A stretch of DNA of 62,486 bases, filler included, from Acidimicrobiia bacterium (GTDB taxonomy: Bacteria > Actinomycetota > Acidimicrobiia > Spongiisociales > JAHEDJ01), in NCBI GenBank assembly GCA_029210695.1. It is 2 parts of 2 records of this genome, joined end to end, with 100 filler letters (N's around TTAATTAATTAA, not from the genome) between each part and the next. Parts side by side here need not be neighbours in the genome. Positions count along the whole stretch, not along the records: positions 31,396 to 62,486 come from JARGFH010000047.1; 1 more part is not named here. One strand, given 5' to 3'. Position numbers and translations under genes: made by a program. Positions 36,644 to 46,429 of the stretch are shown piece by piece. The stretch's first letter is position 1. Every line of letters starts with the position of its first letter. The notes beneath the pieces are model-generated. The model made no database searches. It saw only the letters and a list, made by a program, of their open reading frames with translations, and was not told where the DNA came from.

Positions 36644-37506
36644 AAGGCATCGTGCTCGCCGGGGGCGCCGGCAGCCGGCTCGACCCCATCACGCGGGTCG
36701 CCTCGAAGCAGCTGCAACCGGTCTACGACAAGCCGATGATCTACTACCCCCTGGCAACACTGATGCAGGCAGGCATTCGTGAGGTGCTGGTCATCACCAC
36801 GCCGCACGACCTGCCGCGCTTCCAGGAACTGCTCGGCGACGGAACACAGTGGGGAATCAGGTTGTCGTATGCAGTCCAGCCGGAGCCCAAAGGCATTGCC
36901 CAGGCGTTCCTGGTCGGTGAGGAGTTCATTGCAGGGCAACCCGTGACCCTCATTCTGGGGGACAACATCTTCTACGGGCGGATCGGCCTCGAGGAGGTTG
37001 TGGCCACCTTTGAAACCGGTGCATTCGTCTTCGGCTATCCGGTTCGCGACCCCGAACGCTATGGAGTCGTCGAGTTCGACTCCGACGGGCGCGTGCTCTC
37101 CTTAGAGGAGAAGCCGGCCAAGCCGAAGTCAAAGTTCGCCGTTCCCGGCCTGTACGTGTTCGACGGCAACGTCGCCAAGGTGGCCAAATCCATCGAGCCG
37201 TCTGCCAGAGGCGAACTGGAAATCACCGACCTCAATCGGGTCTATCTGGAGCGGGGAGAGCTAAAGGTACAGATCTTCGACCGGGGAGTTGCCTGGCTGG
37301 ACAGCGGCACGCACGACAGTCTGCTCGAGGCTGCCAACTTCATCGCCACCGTCGAGCACCGCCAGAGCATCAAGATCGCCTGCCTCGAGGAGATCGCCTA
37401 CCGACAGGGCTTCGTCGACGAGGCGGCCTTCCGTCTGGTGGTCGAGGAGATGCCGGCCTCGAGCTATCGGAGCTATCTCGAGGATGTGCTGGCGGAGCAG
37501 CGTTGA
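36640..37506 (+). CDS. rmlA: Glucose-1-phosphate thymidylyltransferase
   Basis: [22 protein letters not shown] and RGELEITD. Confidence 0.97.
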   Translation: MKGIVLAGGAGSRLDPITRVASKQLQPVYDKPMIYYPLATLMQAGIREVLVITTPHDLPRFQELLGDGTQWGIRLSYAVQPEPKGIAQAFLVGEEFIAGQPVTLILGDNIFYGRIGLEEVVATFETGAFVFGYPVRDPERYGVVEFDSDGRVLSLEEKPAKPKSKFAVPGLYVFDGNVAKVAKSIEPSARGELEITDLNRVYLERGELKVQIFDRGVAWLDSGTHDSLLEAANFIATVEHRQSIKIACLEEIAYRQGFVDEAAFRLVVEEMPASSYRSYLEDVLAEQR

Positions 37507-38360
37507 CCGGTCGGGTTGTCGTCATCGGCGGCTCCGGTCAGGTGGGTACCGCCTTCCGGGCCCTCCTGCCAGACGCTTTCTTTCCCGCCCGGGATGAACT
37601 CGATCTGCTGGACCTCGGGGCGATCGGTCCGACGCTGGCCCGCTGGGAACCGTCCGCCATCATCAACTGCGCCGCCTACACCGCCGTAGACCGGGCCGAA
37701 GATGACGAAGCGACCGCCACGACGGTCAACGGGAGCGCCGTTGGTGAACTGGCGACGGCGGCGGCCGCCGGTCGGCGGATCCCATTCCTGACCTATTCCA
37801 CCGACTACGTCTTCGACGGGACCGCAACCCGACCCTATGTCGAGTCCGACCCCACCGCCCCGATCAACGCCTACGGACGCAGCAAACTGGCAGGGGAAAG
37901 AGAGGCCCTTCGCTATCCGGGCAGCCTCGTTATCCGTACATCGTGGGTCATCTCCGGCACCCATGCGAACTTCGTGGCGACGATGCTGAATCTGGCGCGC
38001 AACCGGTCGGTGCGAGTGGTATCCGATCAGCTCGGCCGTCCAACGATGGCCGGCGACCTCGCCGCCGCCTCCCTCGCCGCGCTCGAACGAGGCGCCACCG
38101 GGTTGTTGCACCTCACGAATTCTGGTCAAACCAGTTGGTTCGACCTGGCCAGACGCGCGGTGGAGATTGCCGGACTCGACTCCGAACGTATCGAACCGTG
38201 CACAACTGCCGACTATCCAACCCCTGCCCGGCGTCCCGCCTACTCGGTACTCGATTCAGAACGGCGGTCCGACCTCGGCGTGCCGGAGTTGCCTTCCTGG
38301 CGCGATTCGCTACCCGCGGTGGTTGAGCAACTGATGCTGGGTAACAACTTCACGGTCTAG
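37503..38360 (+). CDS. rmlD: dTDP-4-dehydrorhamnose reductase
   Basis: [22 protein letters not shown] and YGRSK. Confidence 0.96.
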   Translation: MTGRVVVIGGSGQVGTAFRALLPDAFFPARDELDLLDLGAIGPTLARWEPSAIINCAAYTAVDRAEDDEATATTVNGSAVGELATAAAAGRRIPFLTYSTDYVFDGTATRPYVESDPTAPINAYGRSKLAGEREALRYPGSLVIRTSWVISGTHANFVATMLNLARNRSVRVVSDQLGRPTMAGDLAAASLAALERGATGLLHLTNSGQTSWFDLARRAVEIAGLDSERIEPCTTADYPTPARRPAYSVLDSERRSDLGVPELPSWRDSLPAVVEQLMLGNNFTV

Positions 38361-38395
38361 TCTTCGCCCTCCCCGGGAGGTGCAAAACGACGAAG

Positions 38396-39475
38396 TTGAC
38401 CGAAATGTTGCGTGCGTACTGGAAGCCGCTCTCCGTGGCCGCGGCGGTCGCATTGATCGCTCTCATCGCCGTGATCGTCACGTGGGGAGGCGATGACGGT
38501 TCGTCGCCCGCAGCATCCGATCTTCCGACATCCACGACAACGATTCCTGGCGATAGCGGCGACCAATCACCCGAGGCGACGGCTCCGCCTGAGCCGGTGT
38601 CCCGCAACCCGTTGACGGGTGCGCCACTGGACACGCCGAGTGACCAGCAAGTGATTGCGGTGCGAGTCGGGAACGGCGACGCGGAACGCCCGCAGGCAGG
38701 GTTGGGCGAGGCCGGCCTCATCTACGAGACACTCCTCGAAGGCGGCGAGACCCGGTTCATCGCCCTCTACTTCGGTGAGGAACCCGACTCGGTCGGCCCG
38801 GTGAGGTCGATCCGGCCCGTGGACGCCGCCATCGTTGCCCCGTTCGCTCCATTGTTCGCCTTCTCCGGTGGTCAGGACTTCGTTTATCGCCTCGTCCAAG
38901 CAGCAGGAGTTGCCGTGATCGACGAGACCGATGTCGCCGCGCTCACCCGTTCGGACGGTGTTGCGCCGCACAACCTCTTCCTCGACTACACGACGGCCCT
39001 CACCCGCGCCATCGGAGGGCCGCCCCGGGTCGCTCCGCTTCCGTTCTCCGGTGACTGGCAGCCGGCGGGGGAATCCGCCGATCAGGTATCGTTCAGGTTC
39101 GGGAGCCGGGCGATCGAGTACGTGTTCGATACCGGCGGCGGCTACCTCCGGTCACAGGATGGAATCCCGTTCGAGGTGCTGGGCCCCGATGACCTCGAAA
39201 CACTCACCCGCGACACCGTCGTCATCCAGTTCGTCGCCCAGCGATCGGCCGGATATTCCGATGTGGCGGGCGCCGAGGTTCCGGATTTCGACGTTGTCGG
39301 TTTTGGCGAAGCGCTGGTCTTTCACGAAGGAGAGGCCGTAGCAGTGGAGTGGCGGCGAGCTTCGCAGGCATCCGGCACCCTGTTCTTCGACGCCGAGGGC
39401 GAGCCGTTCGCGCTTCCGTCGGGTCAGTTGATCATCGAGTTGGTGCCCATCGGAACCGAGGTCACTTTCGGATGA
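38396..39475 (+). CDS. DUF3048 (YerB-like) membrane-anchored exported protein
   Basis: N-terminal TM; PLTG, RPQAGL, EGGETR, GPVRS.R and APHNL. Confidence 0.85.
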   Translation: MTEMLRAYWKPLSVAAAVALIALIAVIVTWGGDDGSSPAASDLPTSTTTIPGDSGDQSPEATAPPEPVSRNPLTGAPLDTPSDQQVIAVRVGNGDAERPQAGLGEAGLIYETLLEGGETRFIALYFGEEPDSVGPVRSIRPVDAAIVAPFAPLFAFSGGQDFVYRLVQAAGVAVIDETDVAALTRSDGVAPHNLFLDYTTALTRAIGGPPRVAPLPFSGDWQPAGESADQVSFRFGSRAIEYVFDTGGGYLRSQDGIPFEVLGPDDLETLTRDTVVIQFVAQRSAGYSDVAGAEVPDFDVVGFGEALVFHEGEAVAVEWRRASQASGTLFFDAEGEPFALPSGQLIIELVPIGTEVTFG

Positions 39476-40560
39476 CGGACGGCCTGCACGTCTTTATCGG
39501 GACCAAGGCCCAGTACATCAAGACCGCCCCGCTGCTCCGGCTTTTCGACGAACGAGGAGTGGCTTACCGCCTCATCGATTCGGGACAGCACGCCGGCATC
39601 GCCGCCTCGATGCGCTCCGAACTCGGCGTCCGTCGACCCGATTTCACCCTCGGGGGAGCCGACGATGTGGCGACGATTCCCCGCGCGTTGGTGTGGAGCC
39701 TGGGCCTGGCCGGAAGGCTGGTGCGGCGCCGGCGGCTCCAGGCGGAGGTCTTCGGCGGAATGGGGGGAATCTGCATCGTGCACGGCGACACACCATCGAC
39801 CCTGCTGGCCGCTTTGATGGCGCGCCGGGCCGGCCTGCGGGTGGCGCACCTGGAGGCGGGTCTCCGCTCTCACAAGCTGACCCATCCCTTCCCCGAGGAG
39901 ATCATCCGCATCGTCACCATGCGGTTGGCCTCCCTGCTGTTTGCTCCAGACGCGGCAGCCGTTCGGAATCTGGAGCGCATGCGAGTCAAGGGACGCATTG
40001 TGGCGCTCTCCGGGAACACATCGCTCGAAGCGGTCGGGTTTGCCCTGCCGGACGTCTCCGAACCGGGTGGGGGGCCGGTGGTGGCCACCATGCATCGGGT
40101 CGAGAACCTCCACAACGGCCCTCGCATCGAAGCGATGATCGCCCTTGTCGAACGGGTCGCCGCCCAATACCCGGTTCGATTTGTTCTCCACGAACCAACC
40201 GAAGCGGCCCTTGCCAAGCGTGGCCTCGGTCGGCGGTTGGCGAGTGCGGGTGTTGAGCGGGTCGGCCTCGCCGGCCACGGCGAGTTCGTTAGGATGCTGG
40301 CCGCCGCTCCCTTCGTGATCACCGACGGTGGCAGCATCCAGGAAGAATGCGCTCTTCTCGGCGTCCCGACCCTGCTGTGGCGCGATCGGTCCGAGCGCCC
40401 GGATGGAATCGGGGGCAACGTCGTGGTTGGCCGGTACGACCCGGAAGTCATCGATCGATTTCTCGCCGACCCCGAAGCAGTTCGGGTGCCGATGAGGCAA
40501 CCGGCGGTCAGTCCATCCGCGGAGATACTGGCGGTGCTCCTCGACGAGCCGACGAGCTGA
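39472..40560 (+). CDS. UDP-N-acetylglucosamine 2-epimerase-like protein
   Basis: GQH, HGDT, HLEAGLRS, PFPEE, HRVEN and TDGGSIQEE. Confidence 0.85.
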   Translation: MTDGLHVFIGTKAQYIKTAPLLRLFDERGVAYRLIDSGQHAGIAASMRSELGVRRPDFTLGGADDVATIPRALVWSLGLAGRLVRRRRLQAEVFGGMGGICIVHGDTPSTLLAALMARRAGLRVAHLEAGLRSHKLTHPFPEEIIRIVTMRLASLLFAPDAAAVRNLERMRVKGRIVALSGNTSLEAVGFALPDVSEPGGGPVVATMHRVENLHNGPRIEAMIALVERVAAQYPVRFVLHEPTEAALAKRGLGRRLASAGVERVGLAGHGEFVRMLAAAPFVITDGGSIQEECALLGVPTLLWRDRSERPDGIGGNVVVGRYDPEVIDRFLADPEAVRVPMRQPAVSPSAEILAVLLDEPTS

Positions 40561-41434
40561 GCTCGGCGGCGGCGGTCGCCACCGCGTCTCGCACCAGCAT
40601 CAGGGCGCGAAAGCCTCCCAGGATCACGGCGACGTACGTGCGGCCTTCGCTCACGAGGAGCGCAGCCAGGGTCACCTCGAACACCCCGACTCCCTGCGGC
40701 GCGATCGGGGCGAGAAAACCAACGCCCCACGCAACCATGAAAGCTCCGGCCAGCACCCAGGCCGGGCCGGTGGCGAGGTCCGGGAAGGCGTGGAGGAAGA
40801 TCACGAAGTTGGTGGAAGTCCAGGCCCAATAGGCCACCGTCCACGCGAATAGCCGAAGGTAGGCCCGGTTGGATAGCCGGGGTGGATCCCCTTGATTCCG
40901 GCGGCGTGCCAGCCAGGAAATGAACCGATTCAGAGCAGGACGGGACAAGGCCAGGCCGCCGAAGCCGAGCGGGGGGACTGCCCACCATGCACCACCCGGG
41001 AGTTCCCCGCCCAGCACCAGCAGGGTGAGACCGATGACGAAGGCGGTGACGACGCTGAGGAGCATCTCGAGACCGGCGGTGACTATCAGGGGCGTGGCGG
41101 CGATACCGTGGCGGGCGAGCAGCGCCGATTTGCCTGCCGCGTACCAGAGACTGCCCGGAACATAGCGGGCGAAGAGGGACCGGCCCGAGGCCACGAGCAC
41201 CTGTTCAAATGTTGTTGGTTGATCGAGTGCTTTCAACGAGCTGTTCCAGAAGCTGGAGCCCAGCCCGATCTGGCCGAAGCTCAGGATCAGGGCGACAACG
41301 ATCAGGGAGAGGCGAGCCGATTGCAGTACCTCGGCCAGATCCGAGCGGCGGGTCCACACCAACCACACCAGGAGCCCGGCCAGGATTGCGAGATAGGCCA
41401 CTCGACCGGCTCGAAGGAGGCTCCGGCGACTCAC
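40508..41434 (-). CDS. Flippase-like membrane protein (lysylphosphatidylglycerol synthase TM family)
   Basis: RYVPGSLW and PQGVGVFE motifs; multiple TMs. Confidence 0.8.
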   Translation of the reverse strand: MSRRSLLRAGRVAYLAILAGLLVWLVWTRRSDLAEVLQSARLSLIVVALILSFGQIGLGSSFWNSSLKALDQPTTFEQVLVASGRSLFARYVPGSLWYAAGKSALLARHGIAATPLIVTAGLEMLLSVVTAFVIGLTLLVLGGELPGGAWWAVPPLGFGGLALSRPALNRFISWLARRRNQGDPPRLSNRAYLRLFAWTVAYWAWTSTNFVIFLHAFPDLATGPAWVLAGAFMVAWGVGFLAPIAPQGVGVFEVTLAALLVSEGRTYVAVILGGFRALMLVRDAVATAAAELSSSARRGAPPVSPRMD

Positions 41435-42492
41435 CGACTCTCCGGCAGCCGGTCGAGAACTTCATCATTGCGCCGCTCACGTAGCCGCAGCCGGTTGATC
41501 CGCTCATCGAGCGGTCGGGGATCAGCCATGACTTCCATCACAGCGGCGGGGAGCGATGCTGAGTCGACCGGGGCGATGACCGCTCCCGACTCCAGATCGG
41601 CGGCCAGCGACTGCACCTTCGGCGAATACGGCAGTAGAACGACCGGGCGCTCCGCTACGGCGGCCGTCACCCCACCGTGATATCTCATGGCGATGACCAC
41701 CCGCGCACTTGCGATCTCATCGAGGACCGTGTCGAGCGTGGCAGTGGCCAGCGACGATTCATGCTTCATGTGTTCGGCTACTTGCAGGTGGACGGTATGG
41801 TCGCGATCGGTCTGGAAGGCGACGAAGTGAGCGGTCAAACCGGTGGCTTCCACCACCGAGTCGAGGGCACGGGCCATCGAGTCGATCCAGGCCGGATCGA
41901 CGGCGGAACGGGCGGAAAGGGAGGCGGGCAGCAGCCGGTTTGGGCCAAGGGGCGGACGGAGGCAGACGGCGAAACGGTCGCTCATCGTCACCGCCGGCGT
42001 GGGGAGCGAGAAAGCAGGGTCGGCGGCCGTGATCGGAGTTGCCAGGCCGAGGTCCGCCAGCCGCGTGGCGGAATCCTCATCGCGGACGCTGGTCGGCATT
42101 TCTCCGGAGAGGCTGTGGCGAACGAGGAATCTTCCCGAACGCGTATTGAGTGCTCCGACTCCGATTCCGAAGATTCCGACCGGAGTGCGGGTTGCCCTGG
42201 CCATCCACATGCGAGACAGGTGATAGGGGAGATTCCAGTGCCCGGTCTCGTCCTGGAGGATCCCACCGCCACCGAAGATCAGTCGGTCGCATTTGCGGAT
42301 TGCCTGCATCACCGAAAACGGGTGCAAGTGATGAACGGCGGCGACCGCGTGGTCCCGTGCCGTCCCCTCGGGATCCACCGAAACGGCCGTGACGTCGACA
42401 TCCCGCTCCCGGAGACGACCGACCAGGGCACGGAAGATCAGCTCATCGCCGAGATTCGTCGACCCGATCCAGGCGGCGACGACGACGTTCAT
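41431..42492 (-). CDS. csaB: Polysaccharide pyruvyl transferase, CsaB-like
   Basis: NLGDELI, GGGGILQD, SVRD..S, ADPAF, MRYHG and YSPKV. Confidence 0.85.
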   Translation of the reverse strand: MNVVVAAWIGSTNLGDELIFRALVGRLRERDVDVTAVSVDPEGTARDHAVAAVHHLHPFSVMQAIRKCDRLIFGGGGILQDETGHWNLPYHLSRMWMARATRTPVGIFGIGVGALNTRSGRFLVRHSLSGEMPTSVRDEDSATRLADLGLATPITAADPAFSLPTPAVTMSDRFAVCLRPPLGPNRLLPASLSARSAVDPAWIDSMARALDSVVEATGLTAHFVAFQTDRDHTVHLQVAEHMKHESSLATATLDTVLDEIASARVVIAMRYHGGVTAAVAERPVVLLPYSPKVQSLAADLESGAVIAPVDSASLPAAVMEVMADPRPLDERINRLRLRERRNDEVLDRLPESR

Positions 42493-42503
42493 CCGCTCCC
42501 GGC

Positions 42504-43433
42504 TCACAACGTCGGAGGGTCGTCGAAGCCGGAGCTGTACGCCGACGCCGGAAGCACGTGGTTCTTGTCGCGATTGAGATTGACGACGAGATCCGACAGC
42601 AGTGCGACGAGCATCAGCGAAATGGCCGCACCCAGCCACACGATGGTATTCGTTGCCACACGGAAATCTTTGGTCACGAGGTCGAATATGAGCTTTGCTA
42701 TTGCGCCAACCGTTCCGACGAGCGCAACCGGCATGAACACACGCAGTGGGTTGTACAACAACATCATGCGTACGACCTGGAGCAGATAGAGCCGCGTATC
42801 CCGCCACCAGTGGAACTTGGACTGTCCGGCCCGTTTGGCGTAGACGATCGGTACGTATCGCACCGAGTAGCCGTTGTTGAGGAAGGTCATCGTCAGCGTT
42901 GTGACGCAGGAGAAGCCCTTCGGAAGCTGGTGGAGGAACTGCTCGCCTACGTCACGGCGGAAGGCCCGGAACCCCGAGTTCAGGTCGGGGATCATTGTGT
43001 CGGACAAGTAGCTCGCCAGCTTGCGAATGAACCACTTGGCGGGCACCCGCAAGGCTTTGTTCGTGCCCTCTTCGCTGCGGCGAGCTCCGACGACCTGGTC
43101 CCACCCCGGGAGCTGGTCGACGAGTTGGGGGATCTGGTCGTTCGGGTAGCTCATGTCGGCGTCCGTCCAGACGACCACTGTGCCCCGCGCCAGGCGGGTT
43201 CCGGCTCGCCGGGAGGAACCCGACCCCCGGTTCTGATCAAAACGAACAAAGCGGATGCCGGGCACGTTGTGGACGAGGTCCGGTGTCCGATCAGTGGATC
43301 CGTCGTCTACGACGATCACTTCGTAGGAGTAGTCGGATCGGTCCATTGCAGTCCGGATCCGGTCGATCTCCTCGACGATGTGCCCCTCTTCGTTGAAGAC
43401 GGGCAGGACGATGGAAACGTCGATGTCATGCAT
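42504..43433 (-). CDS. GT2 polyprenol-phosphate glycosyltransferase (DPM/GtrB-like)
   Basis: VDDGSTD, TDAD and DLNSGFR; two C-terminal TMs. Confidence 0.9.
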   Translation of the reverse strand: MHDIDVSIVLPVFNEEGHIVEEIDRIRTAMDRSDYSYEVIVVDDGSTDRTPDLVHNVPGIRFVRFDQNRGSGSSRRAGTRLARGTVVVWTDADMSYPNDQIPQLVDQLPGWDQVVGARRSEEGTNKALRVPAKWFIRKLASYLSDTMIPDLNSGFRAFRRDVGEQFLHQLPKGFSCVTTLTMTFLNNGYSVRYVPIVYAKRAGQSKFHWWRDTRLYLLQVVRMMLLYNPLRVFMPVALVGTVGAIAKLIFDLVTKDFRVATNTIVWLGAAISLMLVALLSDLVVNLNRDKNHVLPASAYSSGFDDPPTL

Positions 43434-43551
43434 GTGGGGGCTGAGGTTACCGCGCTCGCTGACACCCCGGGCTTGAGCCGAGGAGCCGCGGCCCGGCCCG
43501 CCGGCTCGGACCTGCGGCGGTTTCAGTCGAACGAAGGAACGCAGAACCCAA

Positions 43552-43662
43552 CTAGTGGTCTGTCTGCTATTTGATGACCGGGGTAGGCAGTGCCACGAAC
43601 CCTGCCACAGCGGGGATCGTCCGGCAGGAGACCAAGTCACCAAATCCGCGACGGACCACTAG
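43552..43662. mobile_element. 111-bp MITE-like element bounded by CTAG
   Basis: 27-bp terminal inverted repeats (21/27 match): CTAGTGGTCTGTCTGCTATTTGATGAC / GTCACCAAATCCGCGACGGACCACTAG. Confidence 0.75.
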
Positions 43663-43675
43663 CCTCAGCCGGGCT

Positions 43676-45112
43676 TTGTCTCAGCTGGACTCATCACCCG
43701 ATCTCACCGCCCGCCGGAAACTGCCCGATTGGTGGGGGTGGCTGGTCGCTTCGGCTCTCAGCGTGGTCATCGGGGTCTCGTGGTGGCCGGGTTTCACCTA
43801 CCCGCTGGGTGATTCCACCGAAGGCCGCATTCTCGGCAGGCTGGGCCTGCAGGTTCGGAACTTCTGGGAGATGGGGGCGTCCGCCTCCGGTTGGGGAACC
43901 AATCTTCAGCCTTATGGGGATACCTACGCCCACCATCCGCCTCTCACGAACATCGCTCAGATCATCGTGTATGCGGTGGCGGGGGAGGGTGAGGCCCAGC
44001 TGCGAGTGTTCGGGTATCTGGCCGGTTTCTTCACCGTGTGGGCTTTGATCGTCCTGCTCCGTCAGCTGGCATTCGGATGGGCGGGGCCGCTGGTGGCAGT
44101 GGCGGCGCTCACCAGCACGACGTTCTTCTGGGCGTTTGGGCGACTGGGCGGCGGTTTCTCGGCGTCGGTGGGGTTTCTGGCTGCCGTGGCCTATCTCAGA
44201 CGGACCGAGCAGCCCTCCGCGGTGGCGGTGGGCATCACGGCCGCGCTGGGTGCGGCGAGTGTCCTCCTGGCCTGGCCGGCGGCTGCCGTGGCGGCGCTGG
44301 GTGGTATGTGGTTGCTGGCCGGGCGGGGATGGGATCGCCCGACGCGCCTGGTGGCGGCCGCCGGGGTCGTGACTGCCTTGGCCATGGTCGTCTGGATTCT
44401 GTCTGCGACCGATCTCTCCGAGTTGGCGGGTCAGGCTCGTGTCCGTTCCAGCGGTGCAGGGTTCACCTGGGGCCAGTTCGCCGACAAGCAGTGGGTCTAC
44501 GCGGCGAGGCTTCTGCCGGACTGGTACCTCTGGTTGATTGTTCCGTCGTTGGCGGCCGGTTTGGTAGATGCTCGTACGCGGCCGGTTGTCATCATCACCG
44601 GCGGGGTGGCATTGGCGTGGATGGTGGGGCCGCGTGAAGGCGCCTTCAGCCACGAGTTCTGGAACCTCAACTGGCTGCTGCCCATCACCGTCGGCATGGC
44701 GGCGCTGGTTGAGTTCGTGAAGGGTTGGCTGAATAGGGTGCATGCTTCGGCTGCGACGATCGCCGTCGGAGTAGTGACTGTGCTGTTGTCGGTGGCGGTG
44801 TTGGGCCGTATCGGGACGACCGCCTTCCGGGTCGGAGCAGATGCCGGTGCCCTGCTCGATCGGATCGAACCACCACCCGGGCAAACCGCCGTATGGGTCG
44901 CACCCAACGTGGCGGCTCCGCGTTGGGCATCGTGGTACTGGGACCTGCCGGTCAGGGTGGTCACGCCTGATGGCCTATCCGGTATTCCCTCCGATGACCT
45001 GATTCTGATCCGAAGCGACGCCGTGCCGGCCTGGATGGGAATCGACGATGACGAGATGTTGGCGACCGAAGGAGCGTACGCACTGGTTGCCGGCGACGCC
45101 CTGGCGGATTAG
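43676..45112 (+). CDS. Polytopic membrane protein, probable GT-C (ArnT/PMT-like) glycosyltransferase
   Basis: TM1, then an acidic loop (DSTE) and YAHHPPL, then about 10 TMs. The track start (43571) lies inside the MITE, so the TTG at 43676 is preferred. Confidence 0.65.
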   Translation: MSQLDSSPDLTARRKLPDWWGWLVASALSVVIGVSWWPGFTYPLGDSTEGRILGRLGLQVRNFWEMGASASGWGTNLQPYGDTYAHHPPLTNIAQIIVYAVAGEGEAQLRVFGYLAGFFTVWALIVLLRQLAFGWAGPLVAVAALTSTTFFWAFGRLGGGFSASVGFLAAVAYLRRTEQPSAVAVGITAALGAASVLLAWPAAAVAALGGMWLLAGRGWDRPTRLVAAAGVVTALAMVVWILSATDLSELAGQARVRSSGAGFTWGQFADKQWVYAARLLPDWYLWLIVPSLAAGLVDARTRPVVIITGGVALAWMVGPREGAFSHEFWNLNWLLPITVGMAALVEFVKGWLNRVHASAATIAVGVVTVLLSVAVLGRIGTTAFRVGADAGALLDRIEPPPGQTAVWVAPNVAAPRWASWYWDLPVRVVTPDGLSGIPSDDLILIRSDAVPAWMGIDDDEMLATEGAYALVAGDALAD

Positions 45113-45285
45113 TGACGGTGCCTCGTGAATGAGGAGGCTGTACACGGTCTCCTCATCATTTTCAGTGACGGCCTTGCAGCCGACGTTGGACACGGCAGAA
45201 GAATCCCACGCATCTACTCGTTGCTTTGCTAGGTTCGACTAGGAGCCCACTCAGTGTGGGAACGTTTGAGATTCTGGAGGGTCAT

Positions 45286-46215
45286 ATGGTCGTCATGAGT
45301 AGACGACGTGTGTTCTTGTTGGCCTTGGTGGCGTTTCTGCTGATTCCGGCGGCGGCGCTGGCCGGCACGCTGTTCAGCGACGTGACCGACGGGAGGACCC
45401 ATTTCAAGGGTATCGAGTTCGTGAAGAGTTCGGGTGTGGCGCTCGGCTGTGGTGATGGGACTACCTATTGTCCGAAAGATCCGGTGTTGCGTGAGCAGAT
45501 GGCGACGTTCATGTACCGTCTCTCCGGCAACGATCCGGCGACTCCGCCGAGTGTGAACGCCGACAAGTTGGATGGCAAGGATTCGACGGCCTTTCTCCAG
45601 GATGCAACAGCATTCCTAGGCAAGACAGAGAAAGCAGCCGATTCGGATCTTCTGGACGGCAAAGACTCGACCGAGTTTGCCGGCACCGCCCACAATCACA
45701 CCAACGCCGAGACCACAAATGAGCCGGGCGTCGTGTTCAACTACGCAACTGCCGTCGTGGGTGCGACATCGACGCCAGCGGCGATGATCTCGACGACGAT
45801 ACGAGTGCCATCCGATGGTTACGTCAAGATCGAGGTCAGCGGTAATTGGCAGCCAGGCAGCGGTGGCACGGATTATGCCTTTTGTCAGTTGCAAAAGGGC
45901 ACCGTTCGAGCCATTGACTTCACCGAACCTTGGTTTCGTCTCGATGAGAGTGATCCGGCCGTAACCGACTGGCGTGCGTTTTCGGCGCATACTGTTCTTC
46001 CCATCGCAGCTGCCGACAACCCCTCCCTTTTCACCTTCGGGCAGTTGCTGAGCTTGACCTGTGATGAGCAAGCCGGCGCTGTGTCATTCGACGATGTCAA
46101 TATCTCAGGAACCTTCTTCGCAACCAAGTACGCACCCATCGGCATCATTTTGCCATTCGGTGACGAACCGTCATCCGGCCCCGGCGAGTCCTCTGCTATC
46201 GACACTGGTGAGTAG
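45286..46215 (+). CDS. Secreted SLH-domain surface protein
   Basis: GGAGG RBS, signal peptide ending AALA, one SLH-like repeat, two D.LDGKDST repeats, beta-rich C-terminus. Confidence 0.8.
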   Translation: MVVMSRRRVFLLALVAFLLIPAAALAGTLFSDVTDGRTHFKGIEFVKSSGVALGCGDGTTYCPKDPVLREQMATFMYRLSGNDPATPPSVNADKLDGKDSTAFLQDATAFLGKTEKAADSDLLDGKDSTEFAGTAHNHTNAETTNEPGVVFNYATAVVGATSTPAAMISTTIRVPSDGYVKIEVSGNWQPGSGGTDYAFCQLQKGTVRAIDFTEPWFRLDESDPAVTDWRAFSAHTVLPIAAADNPSLFTFGQLLSLTCDEQAGAVSFDDVNISGTFFATKYAPIGIILPFGDEPSSGPGESSAIDTGE

Positions 46216-46247
46216 CGGACACTTCGGGTTGCGGAGAACCTGACTAG

Positions 46248-46275
46248 GGGGGCCGCCTCATCTGAGGCGGCCCCC
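46248..46275 (+). terminator. GC-rich hairpin, probable terminator
   Basis: Perfect inverted repeat GGGGGCCGCCTCA / TGAGGCGGCCCCC, 32 nt after the stop. Confidence 0.75.
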
Positions 46276-46429
46276 TCAGCGTCTATCTTCACACGCGTTG
46301 TGCGCCGGCCGGGGAGTTCACTGTTCACGACTCGAAGATCACCGATGTAGACAATCTCTGGAACGCAGCGGGTTGAGTCCGGCGGAGTAGCTGAAGCCCA
46401 GGCCCATCGGCTTCGAAAGACCTGCCACC

